This document shows positions 18,749 through 30,162 of a stretch of 64,000 bases of DNA, one piece after another (positions within the stretch are counted from its first letter, which is position 1; every line of letters begins with the position of its first letter). This stretch comes from Nitrospira sp. (GTDB lineage Bacteria > Nitrospirota > Nitrospiria > Nitrospirales > Nitrospiraceae). The notes under the pieces were generated by a model that did no database searches, was not told the DNA's origin, and saw only the letters and a program-made list of their open reading frames with translations. The stretch lies in assembly GCA_035277085.1 (NCBI GenBank), contig DATELB010000123.1:13591-77590 (forward strand). Direction: 5' to 3'. A program made the translations under genes and the position numbers.

Positions 18749-19563
18749 CAGCGGGCAAGCTCCTGTGAGCGTTTCGTGGCCGCTTCGACGGCCCCCATCA
18801 GTGTAGCACGGAACCGGCCCTCTTCAAGCCGATGCAGGCCCGCGATTGTCGTGCCGCCTGGCGACGCCACGCGGTCCTTGAGTTTCGCGGGATGATCGCC
18901 TGACTCCAACACCATTTTTGCGGCGCCGAAGACGGTTTGAGCGGCCAAGACCTCCGCGGTTTGCCGGGGAAGACCCATCTTCACGCCGCCGTCTGCCAGC
19001 GCTTCGATGGCTTGAAACACATACGCGGGACCGCTACCGCTCAGGCCGGTGACCGCATCCATGAGACGCTCGTCGATGGCAACCACACGGCCCACTGCCT
19101 GAAAGACGGCTTGTCCGATGTCTTGATCGTCCTCGGAAAGCGTACTGCTCCATGCAAGCGCCGTCATGCCTTCCCTCACCAGGGCGGGCATGTTCGGCAT
19201 CGCGCGAATGACGCGTTGGGCCGCCGGGGCATGGCTCGTGATCGCTTGAATCGTCACTCCCGCCGCGATGGAGATGACGAGCACACGGTGAAGTTCTTCG
19301 CTGAGTTCCTGCACTATGGCCGCGAGCACCTGTGGCTTCACCGCAAGGACTACGACATCCGCCCAGGCGACGGCCTCCCGATTGTCACAACCGACCCGCA
19401 CGCCGAACCGGCTTTTCAATAGATCACAGCGCGCAGCCACACGGTCGGTGGCCCACAATGATTCGGGACGGCAGACGTTGCCGGCAAGGAGGCCGCCGAT
19501 CATCGCCTCGGCCATTTGCCCTCCGCCGACGAACGCGATTTTCTTGGTCAACGGACTAGTCAC
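18748..19563 (-). CDS. proC: Pyrroline-5-carboxylate reductase
   Basis: GGGQMA, LAVKP, RAMPN, GLSGSGPAY, VASPGGTTIAG. Confidence 0.97.
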   Translation of the reverse strand: MTSPLTKKIAFVGGGQMAEAMIGGLLAGNVCRPESLWATDRVAARCDLLKSRFGVRVGCDNREAVAWADVVVLAVKPQVLAAIVQELSEELHRVLVISIAAGVTIQAITSHAPAAQRVIRAMPNMPALVREGMTALAWSSTLSEDDQDIGQAVFQAVGRVVAIDERLMDAVTGLSGSGPAYVFQAIEALADGGVKMGLPRQTAEVLAAQTVFGAAKMVLESGDHPAKLKDRVASPGGTTIAGLHRLEEGRFRATLMGAVEAATKRSQELAR

Positions 19564-20266
19564 GCCGCCCTCCGAATATCGCCGTCCCGAGACGGATCAA
19601 CGTCGCCCCTTCTTGTATAGCGACTACATAATCGTTCGACATGCCCATGGAAAGCTCATGAAGCGAAATGCGTGGAATTCCTCGGGCCATCATTCGCTGA
19701 GCGAGCTCCCGCAGACAGCGGAAGTGCGGCCTCGAAGCTTCCGGATGGGAGGCAGCCGGAGGAATGGCCATGAGCCCCTGCACCGCCACGTGTTCCAGCG
19801 CGGCCAATCGAGGAAGCGCCTTTTCGACGTCCTGGGGCAAAAAACCGGCTTTAGATTGTTCTGCCCCCACATTAATCTCGAGCAATACCTTCTGCCGAAG
19901 TCCGATCGCCGCAGCACGTCGATCGATTTCTGTCGCCAGCTCGACGCTGTCGATGGAATGAATTACTTCAAAGACTCCGACGACCGCCCTCACCTTTCGC
20001 CGTTGGAGCTGGCCGATAAAGTGCCACGTAATCCGGTCCCGCTTCAGCGCCTCGATCTTCGGCAGGGCTTCTTGCAGGCGGTTTTCACCGGCAATTTCGA
20101 GGCCCCCTACGATCGCGTCTCGGATACGTTCCGGAGGAACTGCCTTTGTCGCCGCCACCAACCGCACGTCGCCTTCTTTCCGGTTGGCTTCCCGTATGGC
20201 GCGTTGCATGCGGTCAAATACGAGTGCGAGACGATCCCTGACTGAGTCACCGGTCTCGGCATCCAT
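19556..20266 (-). CDS. yggS: PLP homeostasis protein YggS
   Basis: Start reassigned to ATG 20266. LVAATK, GENRLQE, WHFIGQLQRRK, LSMGMSND, TLIRLGTAIFG. Confidence 0.95.
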   Translation of the reverse strand: MDAETGDSVRDRLALVFDRMQRAIREANRKEGDVRLVAATKAVPPERIRDAIVGGLEIAGENRLQEALPKIEALKRDRITWHFIGQLQRRKVRAVVGVFEVIHSIDSVELATEIDRRAAAIGLRQKVLLEINVGAEQSKAGFLPQDVEKALPRLAALEHVAVQGLMAIPPAASHPEASRPHFRCLRELAQRMMARGIPRISLHELSMGMSNDYVVAIQEGATLIRLGTAIFGGRRD

Positions 20267-20330
20267 ATACGCCTGGTCGAACGCGCTGTTCCCGCGGTGG
20301 CGTATTCTACCGAAATCGCGGATGGCGCGG

Positions 20331-21062
20331 CTAGCCGCGCGGCACCAAGGCGATCCCACTGACCATGGTCCCGTTGACACGTCCCTCGCGGCGATAAGAG
20401 TAGAAGAGTGCGGGATGGCAGATCGTGCAAACGTTGACGATGGTGATGTGTGCCGATGAAATACCGCTCTCGGCGGCCTGCCGTCCCACGAGCGCTTTGA
20501 GATCCAATTGTGCTTTGCTGCCCCGGTCATTCCTGAGCAATGCCGGCCAATCCTGACGGCGGGTGCGCAACGGGGCGAGCACCGTCTCGTCAACCTCATA
20601 ACAACAGGGACCCGCAGACGGACCGATGCTCACGCGAAGATCACCGGCCTGGATTCCGAACCGTGCGACCATTGATTGGATCGTTTTCGGTACGATGCCG
20701 GCCAACGCACCTCGCCAGCCGGCGTGGACGGCTGCAACGGCGTTCTTGCGGCGATCATAGACGAGCACCGGTACACAGTCGGCAGTTTTCACCACCACCG
20801 TGACGCGGGGCTGATCGGTGATCAACGCGTCCCATCCACCTTCGAAACGATCACCTGCCGTTACCGGCCGATCAACGATCAATGCGTCGGTCCCGTGCAC
20901 TTGCTTGACGGACAACAGCCAGGCATGGCGTTCACCGTCCGCAGCCGGCGACGGCACCCCCGTTTCATAGGCAACCGGGGAATGGTGCCGCGTCCCGAAA
21001 AAGTGCCTCACGCCGTCCTTGGCCGAGGCGAACGCGGGTACGGTAATGAGCGATGCGGTCAC
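20331..21062 (-). CDS. pgeF: PgeF/YfiH family purine nucleoside phosphorylase (peptidoglycan editing factor)
   Basis: QVHGT, TADCVPV, AAVHAGWRG, GPSAGPCCYEV, CTIC...FYSYRR. Confidence 0.93.
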   Translation of the reverse strand: MTASLITVPAFASAKDGVRHFFGTRHHSPVAYETGVPSPAADGERHAWLLSVKQVHGTDALIVDRPVTAGDRFEGGWDALITDQPRVTVVVKTADCVPVLVYDRRKNAVAAVHAGWRGALAGIVPKTIQSMVARFGIQAGDLRVSIGPSAGPCCYEVDETVLAPLRTRRQDWPALLRNDRGSKAQLDLKALVGRQAAESGISSAHITIVNVCTICHPALFYSYRREGRVNGTMVSGIALVPRG

Positions 21063-21091
21063 GGGAAACCTTTCTCAGGACTGGATCCGGG

Positions 21092-22273
21092 TCAGTCCGT
21101 TTGCTTTCTCAGGAAAGTGGGCACGTCCCACTCATCGTCGGCCGCGACGGCCAGGCGCTCAATGGCCTCACGTTGGTCTCCCATCCGCCGTAAATAGGTG
21201 GGCCGGTCGAGATCTTTGTGCGGCCGGTCGGCCACCGCTGCTCCGACGGCGTTCGATCCCGGCTGCGCCGCTCTGACGGTGCGCGCCGCGGCGACACCGA
21301 CCGGCATGGGCTGCTCGTCCCTTTCAAAGCCTGTTGCGATCACGGTGACCACAAGGTCGTCGCCCATGTCCGGATTGATCACTTGCCCGACGATGATATT
21401 CGCCTCGGCATCCGCCGCCTGCTGAATGATGGATGCTGCCTCTTCGATCTCATGCAAGGACATGTTCGGTCCGCCGCTGATGTTCAGCAGCACACCTCGA
21501 GCTCCTTCGACGCTGCCTTCTTCAAGCAGAGGGCTGCAGATCGCTTTTTGCGCCGCTTCGATTGCACGATTGGTCCCGCGTGAAACCCCCATGCCCATCA
21601 CTGCCCGGCCGGTATGGGACATCACGGTGCGCACGTCCGCAAAGTCCACGTTCACGTGCCCGGTCGTGGTGATGACATCCGCAATGCCTTGAATCGCCTG
21701 GCGCAACACATCATCCGCTACTTTAAAAGCGTCGAGCAGAGGCGTCGCCTTGTCGACGATGCCGAGCAAACGTTGATTGGGAATGACGAGCAGCGTATCA
21801 ACGTGCCGTCTCAAATCTCTGATGCCTTCATCGGCATGAGTCATCCGGCGATGGCCTTCATACGAAAACGGCTTTGTGACGACTCCGACCGTCAGGATTC
21901 CCAGTTCCCTGGCGATGCTCGCCACGATCGGCGCCGCGCCGGTCCCGGTCCCCCCTCCCATACCCGCGGTCACGAACACCATGTCGGCGCCTTCGAGACA
22001 CTCCCGGATTTGATCTTTGCTTTCCAGCGCCGATTCCTTTCCTATTTCCGGCTTGGCGCCGGCGCCCAATCCTCTGGTTCGCTCGGGACCGAGTTGAACC
22101 TTGTACGCCGCACGCGAGCGGTCCAAGGCCTGCAGGTCGGTGTTGGCGGCAATGAAATCCACGCGGGCCAGGCCCGACGTAATCATGGTGTTCACGGCAT
22201 TGCATCCGGCGCCGCCCACACCGATGACCTTGATGCGGACGGGCGACAGGCAATCCTCTTGGAATGAGAACAT
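21092..22273 (-). CDS. ftsZ: Cell division protein FtsZ
   Basis: [27 protein letters not shown]-terminal peptide DVPTFLRKQ. Confidence 0.99.
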   Translation of the reverse strand: MFSFQEDCLSPVRIKVIGVGGAGCNAVNTMITSGLARVDFIAANTDLQALDRSRAAYKVQLGPERTRGLGAGAKPEIGKESALESKDQIRECLEGADMVFVTAGMGGGTGTGAAPIVASIARELGILTVGVVTKPFSYEGHRRMTHADEGIRDLRRHVDTLLVIPNQRLLGIVDKATPLLDAFKVADDVLRQAIQGIADVITTTGHVNVDFADVRTVMSHTGRAVMGMGVSRGTNRAIEAAQKAICSPLLEEGSVEGARGVLLNISGGPNMSLHEIEEAASIIQQAADAEANIIVGQVINPDMGDDLVVTVIATGFERDEQPMPVGVAAARTVRAAQPGSNAVGAAVADRPHKDLDRPTYLRRMGDQREAIERLAVAADDEWDVPTFLRKQTD

Positions 22274-22318
22274 CAGGACACCTCCCTTGGCGCAAGGCCG
22301 TGCCGCGCGCCGGTTAAG

Positions 22319-23554
22319 TTAAAAAAACTCAAACATCCACGACTTCATTCGATCCAACATCCGGCCGATCGGTCTGCCGCTTCTGAGTCCCGCCGTGGCC
22401 GTTTCCTCCGTGTGGCGCCGCGCATGGAGGAGCAAACCCACTCCGGTTGCATGCATGGGATTACTGACGATGTCCCGAAGCCCGCCGATACCGCTGGGCG
22501 CTCCACGACGGGCCGGAAGATTCAGCACGTGTTCAGCGGCGTCGGGCATGCCCTCCAATAACGAGGTCCCCCCTGTGAGGACGACGCCCGCTCCGAGCAT
22601 GCCTTCATAGCCCGCGCGGGTGATCTCCCGCCGGACCAGTTCGAACATTTCTTCCACGCGCGGCTCCAGAATCTCCGCAATGTCGCGTCTGGAAAACGTT
22701 CGAGCCGGCCGATCGCCGACCGAAGGCACTTCAACAGTCTCATGTCCCTGCACAAGGTCGGTTCTGGTCACCCCGTGCTGGACTTTGATTTTTTCAGCGT
22801 CTGTTTGAGAGGTCAGCAGCCCGATGGCAAGATCTTTCGTCAGATTTTGCCCGCCGATGGGAAGAACCGCCGAATGTCGTATGCTGCCATCCAGGTAGAT
22901 GGCCAGGTCGGTCGTGCCTCCGCCAAGATCCACCATTGCCACGCCGAGATCGCGCTCTTCCTGACTAAGCACGGCTTCGCTCGATGCCAGCGGCTGCAGA
23001 ATGATGTCAACGACGTCGAGTCCGGCCCGGTTCACGCTTTTAATGATGTTCTGCGCCGAGGTGACCGCCCCCGTAATGACATGAACATTGACTTCAAGGC
23101 GATTGCCCGACAGTCCGAGGGGCTCCCTCACGCCTTCCTGCCCATCCACCATGAACTCACGCGGCAGGACATGGAGAATCCGGCGTTCATGCGGGATGAC
23201 GGCGAGCGTTCGAGCGCTTTCGATGGCGCGGTGAATATCCTCCCGGGTAACCTCGGACTTCTTCAGCGCCACGACCCCTTTACAATTTTCCGCCGAAATG
23301 TGGCTGCCGGCGATGCCCGTATAGACTGAATTGATTTGCACCGCCGCCATCAATTCAGCTTCCTCGACCGCCTTCTTGATCGATTCAACGGTGCTCTCGA
23401 TGTCGACAACGACCCCTTTGCGAAGGCCGCGGGACGGGCTTGAGCCGACGCCGATGATGTTCAGCGTGCCCTCTTCGGTCACCTCAGACACGATGGCGCA
23501 TATTTTCGTGGTGCCGATATCCAACCCGACGAGAATTTGCTCTCGTTTGGCCAC
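22319..23554 (-). CDS. ftsA: Cell division protein FtsA
   Basis: Probable GTG start at 23554. GLDIGTTKIC, DLGGGTTD, VLTGGTS, amphipathic C-terminal helix. Confidence 0.97.
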   Translation of the reverse strand: MAKREQILVGLDIGTTKICAIVSEVTEEGTLNIIGVGSSPSRGLRKGVVVDIESTVESIKKAVEEAELMAAVQINSVYTGIAGSHISAENCKGVVALKKSEVTREDIHRAIESARTLAVIPHERRILHVLPREFMVDGQEGVREPLGLSGNRLEVNVHVITGAVTSAQNIIKSVNRAGLDVVDIILQPLASSEAVLSQEERDLGVAMVDLGGGTTDLAIYLDGSIRHSAVLPIGGQNLTKDLAIGLLTSQTDAEKIKVQHGVTRTDLVQGHETVEVPSVGDRPARTFSRRDIAEILEPRVEEMFELVRREITRAGYEGMLGAGVVLTGGTSLLEGMPDAAEHVLNLPARRGAPSGIGGLRDIVSNPMHATGVGLLLHARRHTEETATAGLRSGRPIGRMLDRMKSWMFEFF

Positions 23555-23558
23555 GCCC

Positions 23559-24428
23559 TCACCCCCTTTCCCGAACAATCACCCGGTGGTCGTACCGCAG
23601 ATCGACGTCGTGCGCCTCTAACCTTCGACCGTCAAAAGCGGGCATTCGGAACGCCGCCTTCACTTGCACGAACCTGTCCCATTGTTCTTTCAGCGCTTCG
23701 CTTCCGAAATGAAATCGCACACCTTTTGCCGAAGCGACGATATTCACTGGGTGGCTCACATCGATTTCGATGCGGCCGTCCAGCGCTTCGGCCATCGACT
23801 TGGCTAATTGAATTGCGGACTGTAGCCGCTGCTTCAACCGAAGGTCGCCTTGCGCCAACAGACTGCCGTCGACGCCGAACAGGAGCGGCAGCGTGGGTTG
23901 GTCCTGTTCGCCAAGACGCGCCAGCACGACGCCCTCTTCATCGATCAGTAACTGTTCAGACCCGGTGCGCGCGATGGCCGCCGGTTTTCGTTCAACGATC
24001 GTCACGCGGAGGGCGTGAAGCGGAAGGCGTTCAACCGTCGCCTCTTTGATCCAGGGATGCGTCCGAAGCCGCTCAGCGAAGTACGCCAGACTTACCTGAT
24101 GCTGCGCGATGCCCTTTTTGAGCGGTAGCCGGTTCAACACTTCCTCTTTCGTCACTTGATGAATGCCTTCGATGGACACCTCTGTAATCTCAAGCCCATG
24201 CTGAACGGCCGGCACCAATTGACGCATCAAAAGCAGGGCTGCCCAGCAGATGGTGGCTGCAACGGCCAGCCAGCCGCAAAGGCGTAATGCCTTGCGGCAT
24301 CGAGCCGCGAGCCGCGATCGGCATGCCTTTAACGAGTGATCCTTGGAATGGATCGCCCGGGCTCCCTTCCACTGATTGCTGCGATAGCCAATCGCCTTGG
24401 CAGGTTGCCTGCGAATCGGAATCTTCAT
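23559..24428 (-). CDS. ftsQ: Cell division protein FtsQ/DivIB
   Basis: Single TM helix, POTRA domain (HPWIKEATVER.PLH), terminal VDLRY; located between ddl and ftsA. Confidence 0.85.
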   Translation of the reverse strand: MKIPIRRQPAKAIGYRSNQWKGARAIHSKDHSLKACRSRLAARCRKALRLCGWLAVAATICWAALLLMRQLVPAVQHGLEITEVSIEGIHQVTKEEVLNRLPLKKGIAQHQVSLAYFAERLRTHPWIKEATVERLPLHALRVTIVERKPAAIARTGSEQLLIDEEGVVLARLGEQDQPTLPLLFGVDGSLLAQGDLRLKQRLQSAIQLAKSMAEALDGRIEIDVSHPVNIVASAKGVRFHFGSEALKEQWDRFVQVKAAFRMPAFDGRRLEAHDVDLRYDHRVIVRERG

Positions 24429-25402
24429 GCGGCGTGTCCCGCCTTGCTCATTCTGATCACCGCAGATTCGAGAATCCGTTCCGTCAGTTCCTCATAGCCG
24501 ATACCCGCCTCGCCGGCCGCCATCGGCAGCAGGCTGGTTTCGGTCATTCCCGGGACGGTATTGATCTCCAGCACATAAGGCCGTCCCCGCGGCGTGATGC
24601 GGAAATCCACGCGTGCGGCTCCGGCGCAACCCAACACCATGTAGGTGTGAAGGGCGAGATTTCGTATTTGCTTGGTGACAGCGGCCCCGAACGGCGCGGG
24701 ACACAAATAACGAGTCTTTCCTTTTTCATATTTGGCTGAAAAATCGTAAAAGCCGTTCGGCGCCACGATCTCGACCGCCGGTAGAACCAGGGGAGATTCG
24801 TCGACGCGGCCGAGGAGCGAAACGGTGACCTCATGGCCTGGAATATAGGCTTCCACCATTGCGTCCGGATCATACCGATGCGCCAACGCCACGGCTTGTT
24901 CCCACTGTGCCGGTTTCCGGACGATGCTCACGCCGATGGTCGATCCTTCGGACGCCGGCTTGACGACAACGGGCCACCGCAGCTTGGCCGATCGCAACGC
25001 CCGAGCACTCGACATTCGTTCACCACGCTTGATCACCAGGCCGGCGGGAACCGGAATGCCATGAGCCGCAAGAACCGTTTTCGTCGTCACCTTATGCATG
25101 CCGACGGCGCTCGCATGAACTCCGGAACCGGTGTACGGAATCCCGAGCGTCTCGAGGAAGCCCTGAATCGAGCCGTCTTCACCGCCAGGGCCATGCAGCG
25201 CCAGAAACGCGAGCGCGATCTTTTGTTCCTGTAAATCCCGGCTCAATGTCGGACCGACGTCGATGGTGACCGCGTCATACCCCCGCCGGCACAGCGCCCC
25301 GTGCACGGCGGCACCCGTCCGCAACGACACTTCTCGCTCGGACGATTGCCCGCCCATCAGCACCCCGATGCGGGCGTGAGTCAGCAACGGTCTGGCGGTC
25401 AT
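24425..25402 (-). CDS. ddl: D-alanine--D-alanine ligase
   Basis: GGQSSEREVSL, LHGPGGEDG, EGSTIG, YDFSAKY, EINTVPGMT. Confidence 0.97.
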   Translation of the reverse strand: MTARPLLTHARIGVLMGGQSSEREVSLRTGAAVHGALCRRGYDAVTIDVGPTLSRDLQEQKIALAFLALHGPGGEDGSIQGFLETLGIPYTGSGVHASAVGMHKVTTKTVLAAHGIPVPAGLVIKRGERMSSARALRSAKLRWPVVVKPASEGSTIGVSIVRKPAQWEQAVALAHRYDPDAMVEAYIPGHEVTVSLLGRVDESPLVLPAVEIVAPNGFYDFSAKYEKGKTRYLCPAPFGAAVTKQIRNLALHTYMVLGCAGAARVDFRITPRGRPYVLEINTVPGMTETSLLPMAAGEAGIGYEELTERILESAVIRMSKAGHAA

Positions 25403-25405
25403 GAT

Positions 25406-26353
25406 TTAACCCTCGCCCACGATTTTGAGTTCAAGATCAAGCCGGACCCCGGCTTTCTGCCTGATCGTCCGGCGAACCTTGCCGATCAGATCGATCACGT
25501 CAGCGGCGGTCGCACGTCCTCTGTTCACGATAAAGTTTCCATGCTTGGTCGAGACCTCGGCGTCGCCGACGCGCATGCCCTTCATCCCGGCGGCTTCGAG
25601 CAGCCGTCCGGCGGAATCAGCAGGCGGATTCTTGAACACGCAGCCGGCGCTCGGCATGGCAAGCGGCTGCGTGTCCTTTCGATAATGGAGATAGTCCTTG
25701 ACGATTCTGGAAATCTCCGACCGCACGCCCGGCCGCAATTGCAGCCAGACGCCGACGACGATGCCTTTAGGCAGTCGGGCGCGCCGGTACTGAAACCGGA
25801 TGGACGCAGCCGGCAGATCACGGACGTCGCCATTCAGCGTGACCAGTCGTACCGCCTTCACCGCATCCTTCATTTCCCCGAGGCGAGTCCCCGCGTTCAT
25901 CACGAGACATCCTCCTACCGTCCCCGGAATGCCGGCTGCCCATTCCATACCGGCCAATGACCGGCGTATCGCATATCCGATCAGCGTCGGCATCCCAACG
26001 CCTCCTTCGGCGTAGACGATTGCTCCGGGCTCTTCGCTGATCCCGCGCAGCTTCGAGAGACTGACCACGATGCCGCGGATCCCTCCGTCTCTGATAAGCA
26101 GATTCGTACCGCCGACCACAAACAGCGGAATGTCGGCCGCCTGCGCCTGCATGACCAGGCGGCGCACATCCTCGACGTCCGCCGGCAAGACGAGGACGTC
26201 GGCTGGCCCGCCGATCTTGAAAGAGGTGAACGCACCCAGCCCAGCGCCGAAGGTAACGCGTCCGCGCAGCCCGGCAACGGCCCGCTCGAGGCGTTTCCTG
26301 TGGAATCCGGGCCTCGAACCCCTGTCTCTCGTGCGTCGCTCATGAACCTTCAT
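25406..26353 (-). CDS. murB: UDP-N-acetylenolpyruvoylglucosamine reductase
   Basis: FKIGGPA, GIPGTVGG, MNAG, PSAGCVFKNP, KHGNFIVN. Confidence 0.96.
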   Translation of the reverse strand: MKVHERRTRDRGSRPGFHRKRLERAVAGLRGRVTFGAGLGAFTSFKIGGPADVLVLPADVEDVRRLVMQAQAADIPLFVVGGTNLLIRDGGIRGIVVSLSKLRGISEEPGAIVYAEGGVGMPTLIGYAIRRSLAGMEWAAGIPGTVGGCLVMNAGTRLGEMKDAVKAVRLVTLNGDVRDLPAASIRFQYRRARLPKGIVVGVWLQLRPGVRSEISRIVKDYLHYRKDTQPLAMPSAGCVFKNPPADSAGRLLEAAGMKGMRVGDAEVSTKHGNFIVNRGRATAADVIDLIGKVRRTIRQKAGVRLDLELKIVGEG

Positions 26354-26356
26354 CGC

Positions 26357-27850
26357 TCATGCGACGGGCGCAAGCTTCGCCAGTAAGGCTGGCCCCGTCT
26401 TCCAAATGTCTCCGGCGCCCAAGGTCAACACTAGATCGCCGGGTTTCAGCTGCGGCAACACCGCGTCGACCAGCCGGTCCTTCTGCTCGACAAACGTGAC
26501 GGACCGATGGCCAGCGGCACGAATCGCTTCACCCAACTTGGCGCCGGATACGCCGGCAATCGGCGATTCACTCGCTGCATAAATCTCGGTCAGGAAGAGA
26601 TGATCCGCATCCCCGAACGCGCGAGAAAATTCCTCAAGCAGATCTCTGGTTCGCGTATACCTGTGCGGCTGGAAGAGTACGATCAAGCGTCGCTCGGGCC
26701 AGCCTTGCTTGGCAGCGGCAAGGGTCGCCCTGATTTCCGTGGGATGGTGGCCGTAATCGTCTACGACCATGATGCCGTTGGATTCCCCCCGGAGATGAAA
26801 ACGCCTCTCGACGCCGGTGAACGCCGCGAGCGCCTTGCGAATGAGATCCACGGGGACATCCAACTCGACGCCGATGGCGATCGCCGCCAGGGCGTTCGAC
26901 ACATTGTGGATGCCCGGCACTGAGAGCCGGAACGGTCCGAGGTTCCTCGCGCGGAAGAATGCGCGAAATTCTGAGCCGCCCTGTTTCGCCGAGATATCCG
27001 TCGCACGAAAATCGGGGGCGACGCCGCCGGCCTCCGACAATCCGTACGTGTAGTACCGCTTGACGATCTTGGGAAACAGCGCTCGAAGCCGGTCATCATC
27101 GGCGCAAAGCACCGCCAAGCCGTAGAACGGAACCTTGTTGATGAATTCAAGAAAGCTTTCGTAGATCCGCTCCATGCTTCCGTAGTGATCCAAGTGCTCG
27201 CGGTCGAGGTTCGTCACCGCCACGATCGTCGGAGAGAGCCTCAAGAACGATCCGTCGCTCTCGTCCGCTTCCGCCACCAACAGTTCTCCTCGTCCCAGTC
27301 GCGCATGGCTTCCAAGCGCATTCACTTTGCCGCCGATCACCATCGTCGGATCCAGTCCACCCTGGGCTAAGATATTGGCCACCATCGAGGTGGTGGTCGT
27401 TTTGCCATGCGCGCCCGCGATCGCGACGCCGAATTTCAACCGCATGAGTTCCGCAAGCATCTCGGCCCGGGGAATCACGGGAATCTGTTTCGCTTTCGCA
27501 GCGAGCACTTCGGGATTTTGAGGCGAGACCGCCGAGGAGATGACGACAACTTGGGCCTCCCCGATATTGCTGTCTTGATGGCCGACGAAGATGCGTCCTC
27601 CGAGCTCTTCCAAGCGTCGGGTCGTATCCGACGCCTGCAGATCGGAGCCGCTGACTTTGTATCCCAGTGTCAGCAACACTTCGGCGATGCCGCTCATGCC
27701 CGCGCCGCCAATGCCGACCAGATGAATGTGTTGCGTCTTACGAAACATCGATGTGCGCCTCAATGCTCCTGCCGGCTGTGAAGGGCCGGCGCCATTGCGT
27801 TGTCCCGCGCCATTAGATTCCTGCCGCTCCAAGAGACTGGTTGACATCAT
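26357..27850 (-). CDS. murC: UDP-N-acetylmuramate--L-alanine ligase (start either 27850 or 27748)
   Basis: [48 protein letters not shown]. Confidence 0.97.
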   Translation of the reverse strand: MMSTSLLERQESNGAGQRNGAGPSQPAGALRRTSMFRKTQHIHLVGIGGAGMSGIAEVLLTLGYKVSGSDLQASDTTRRLEELGGRIFVGHQDSNIGEAQVVVISSAVSPQNPEVLAAKAKQIPVIPRAEMLAELMRLKFGVAIAGAHGKTTTTSMVANILAQGGLDPTMVIGGKVNALGSHARLGRGELLVAEADESDGSFLRLSPTIVAVTNLDREHLDHYGSMERIYESFLEFINKVPFYGLAVLCADDDRLRALFPKIVKRYYTYGLSEAGGVAPDFRATDISAKQGGSEFRAFFRARNLGPFRLSVPGIHNVSNALAAIAIGVELDVPVDLIRKALAAFTGVERRFHLRGESNGIMVVDDYGHHPTEIRATLAAAKQGWPERRLIVLFQPHRYTRTRDLLEEFSRAFGDADHLFLTEIYAASESPIAGVSGAKLGEAIRAAGHRSVTFVEQKDRLVDAVLPQLKPGDLVLTLGAGDIWKTGPALLAKLAPVA

Positions 27851-28937
27851 GCTGGTCTCCTATGAGTGCATAGCATTCACGGACGATCGCTTCAGCCGCG
27901 TCCATTCGTCTCAAGCTCAAACTCGCAGCGCTCATCGCTCGCATGGTCTCGGGATTGCCGAGAATCGACGCCAGTTCCCGCGCTAATGTCTGAGCGTTTA
28001 GTTGAGGCTGCGGAATGACGACCGCGGCGCCGGCCTCTTGCATGACCTTGGCGTTCTTCGTTTGGTGGTCATAAATGGCGGTGGGCAGCGGTATCAGGAT
28101 GGCCGGCTTGCCGCAGGCTGTCAGCTCGGCCACCGTCATCGCTCCGGATCGAGCCACAACAACATCCGCGGCGTTGATGGCCGTCGGCATGTCATAGAGA
28201 AAGGGCACCGCGTTCACGGAGACGCCGGCACGCTGGTAGGCCTCGGTGACGCGCCTATGATCCAGTTCGCCGGTCTGATGAGTGACCGTAATCTCCGGCC
28301 GTTGTTGCAGCAGCGTTGGCAGCCCCTCTATGGCGGCGCTGTTGATCGCTCTCGCTCCCTGACTGCCTCCGAAGATCAAGACGTGACGACGGTCGGTGGA
28401 GGGTGTTGGCGATGCTGGAACGCATTGGGTCAGGAATTCCCGCCGGATCGGCGTGCCGACAACACGCACTTTGCTGGAGCGAAAGGCTGCCGCCGCCGAA
28501 GCGAACGCCAAAAATATCCGATGAACGAACGGGCCTACCGCTTTATTGGCCAGTCCAGCATGCGCATTGGGTTCAACGATCACCCGCGGAACTCCGGCCA
28601 ACGCCGCTGCCAACACGATCATCGGGCTGGTGTATCCTCCGACGCCGATCACAAGGTCCGGGCGTCTCCGATGAATGAGCTTTCGAGATTCCCAGAGACT
28701 CACGGGCATCGCCCACAGCCCGGATAGAACATCCAGAGGACCTTTGCCCATGATCGGCTTTGCGCTAATCAATGCCAATTCGAACCCCTCATGCGCCAAC
28801 ACCTTTGATTCGAGGCCCCGTGAAGTCCCGACAAACACAATGCGGGTCGTCGCATTTCGCTCCAGAAACGCTCGCGCCAGCGCGATAGCAGGATACAGAT
28901 GGCCACCCGTACCTCCGGCTGCAATAAGGATCGTCAT
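27813..28937 (-). CDS. murG: Undecaprenyl-PP-MurNAc-pentapeptide GlcNAc transferase
   Basis: [32 protein letters not shown]. Confidence 0.97.
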   Translation of the reverse strand: MTILIAAGGTGGHLYPAIALARAFLERNATTRIVFVGTSRGLESKVLAHEGFELALISAKPIMGKGPLDVLSGLWAMPVSLWESRKLIHRRRPDLVIGVGGYTSPMIVLAAALAGVPRVIVEPNAHAGLANKAVGPFVHRIFLAFASAAAAFRSSKVRVVGTPIRREFLTQCVPASPTPSTDRRHVLIFGGSQGARAINSAAIEGLPTLLQQRPEITVTHQTGELDHRRVTEAYQRAGVSVNAVPFLYDMPTAINAADVVVARSGAMTVAELTACGKPAILIPLPTAIYDHQTKNAKVMQEAGAAVVIPQPQLNAQTLARELASILGNPETMRAMSAASLSLRRMDAAEAIVRECYALIGDQHDVNQSLGAAGI

Positions 28938-30130
28938 CAGCGGTCCGACTCACCGCGCACGCCCCTGGAAGCGCCTCCATGTCGATCCCGCGAAATACTC
29001 AGCAACATGCCGACTCCCACAAAACTGACGACCAACGAAGAGCCCCCATAGCTGACAAAGGGCAGTGTCAAGCCCTTTGTCGGCAACAACCCGGTCACCA
29101 CGGCGGCGTTGACGAGCGCTTGGATGCCGATTAAGAGCGTGATTCCGAGGCCCAGGTACTTTCCGAAGGGCATCCGTGCCCGTGAAGCGATGTGGAATCC
29201 CCGCCACACGAACAATGCGAAGAGAACGATGACCGAAGCCGTCCCCGCCAGACCGAGTTCTTCGCCGACCAGCGCAAGCACGAAATCGGTGTGCGCTTCC
29301 GGCAAAAAGAACAATTTCTGCTTGCCTTCGCCCAATCCCACCCCGAATGGTCCGCCGCTGCCAAAGGCGAGAAACGATTGGGTGATCTGAAACCCGGCGT
29401 CCGTTGCATCCTTCCACGGGGCGAGAAACGTCATTAGGCGCTGCCGCCGGTAGCTGGACCCGAGCACCAAGACCAGGACCACCGGAATTGCGCAAAGTCC
29501 CAAACTCGCCAGATGTCCGAGTCGTGCACCGCCGAGAAACAAAAGACTCACGGTCACCAATCCCATGACGACGACAGTGCCGAGATCCGGTTCGAGCAGC
29601 ACGAGCCCGCTTAGAACGCCGACGACGGTCAACACGGGCAACAGCCCCCTCCGAAACAATACGAGTTTGTCGGTCTTCTTCGCCAAATAAGCTGCCAGGT
29701 AGATCACCGTGACAAGCTTCACCATCTCCGCCGGTTGAATGGAAATGAGCCCCCATCGCAACCACCGCCTCGCCCCTTTGGCCGCCACGCCGAACGATGG
29801 AATGAGCACCATAACCAATAGCACGGTCATGCCGATCAAGATGGGAATGGAAAGTTTCTTCCACAACTGGTAATCGATCCGTGAGGTCAGATGCATCAGC
29901 AACACCCCAAAACCCAGCCAGGCAATCTGCCGCTTGAGGAAAAACTCCGGGTCCTGAAATCGATTCCCTGCGACGATCGCGCTCGCGCTGAACACCATGA
30001 CCAGCCCGACCAAGGCGAGAGTCAAGGTCACGAACAGGAGCACGTGGTCCATGGCAACCCGGGACGGGGCCGTGCGCTGGCCGCTCGTTGGCCAAGGCAA
30101 CGACAACGTTCCTGCAGATCGTGAAGCCAT
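28937..30130 (-). CDS. ftsW: Peptidoglycan glycosyltransferase FtsW
   Basis: SEDS family: GARRW, QPAEMVK, EPDLG, LPEAHTDF, KGLTLPFVSYGGSS. Confidence 0.97.
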   Translation of the reverse strand: MASRSAGTLSLPWPTSGQRTAPSRVAMDHVLLFVTLTLALVGLVMVFSASAIVAGNRFQDPEFFLKRQIAWLGFGVLLMHLTSRIDYQLWKKLSIPILIGMTVLLVMVLIPSFGVAAKGARRWLRWGLISIQPAEMVKLVTVIYLAAYLAKKTDKLVLFRRGLLPVLTVVGVLSGLVLLEPDLGTVVVMGLVTVSLLFLGGARLGHLASLGLCAIPVVLVLVLGSSYRRQRLMTFLAPWKDATDAGFQITQSFLAFGSGGPFGVGLGEGKQKLFFLPEAHTDFVLALVGEELGLAGTASVIVLFALFVWRGFHIASRARMPFGKYLGLGITLLIGIQALVNAAVVTGLLPTKGLTLPFVSYGGSSLVVSFVGVGMLLSISRDRHGGASRGVRGESDR

Positions 30131-30162
30131 CGCCCAGCAACACTCCTCCTGGAACGCCTGCC

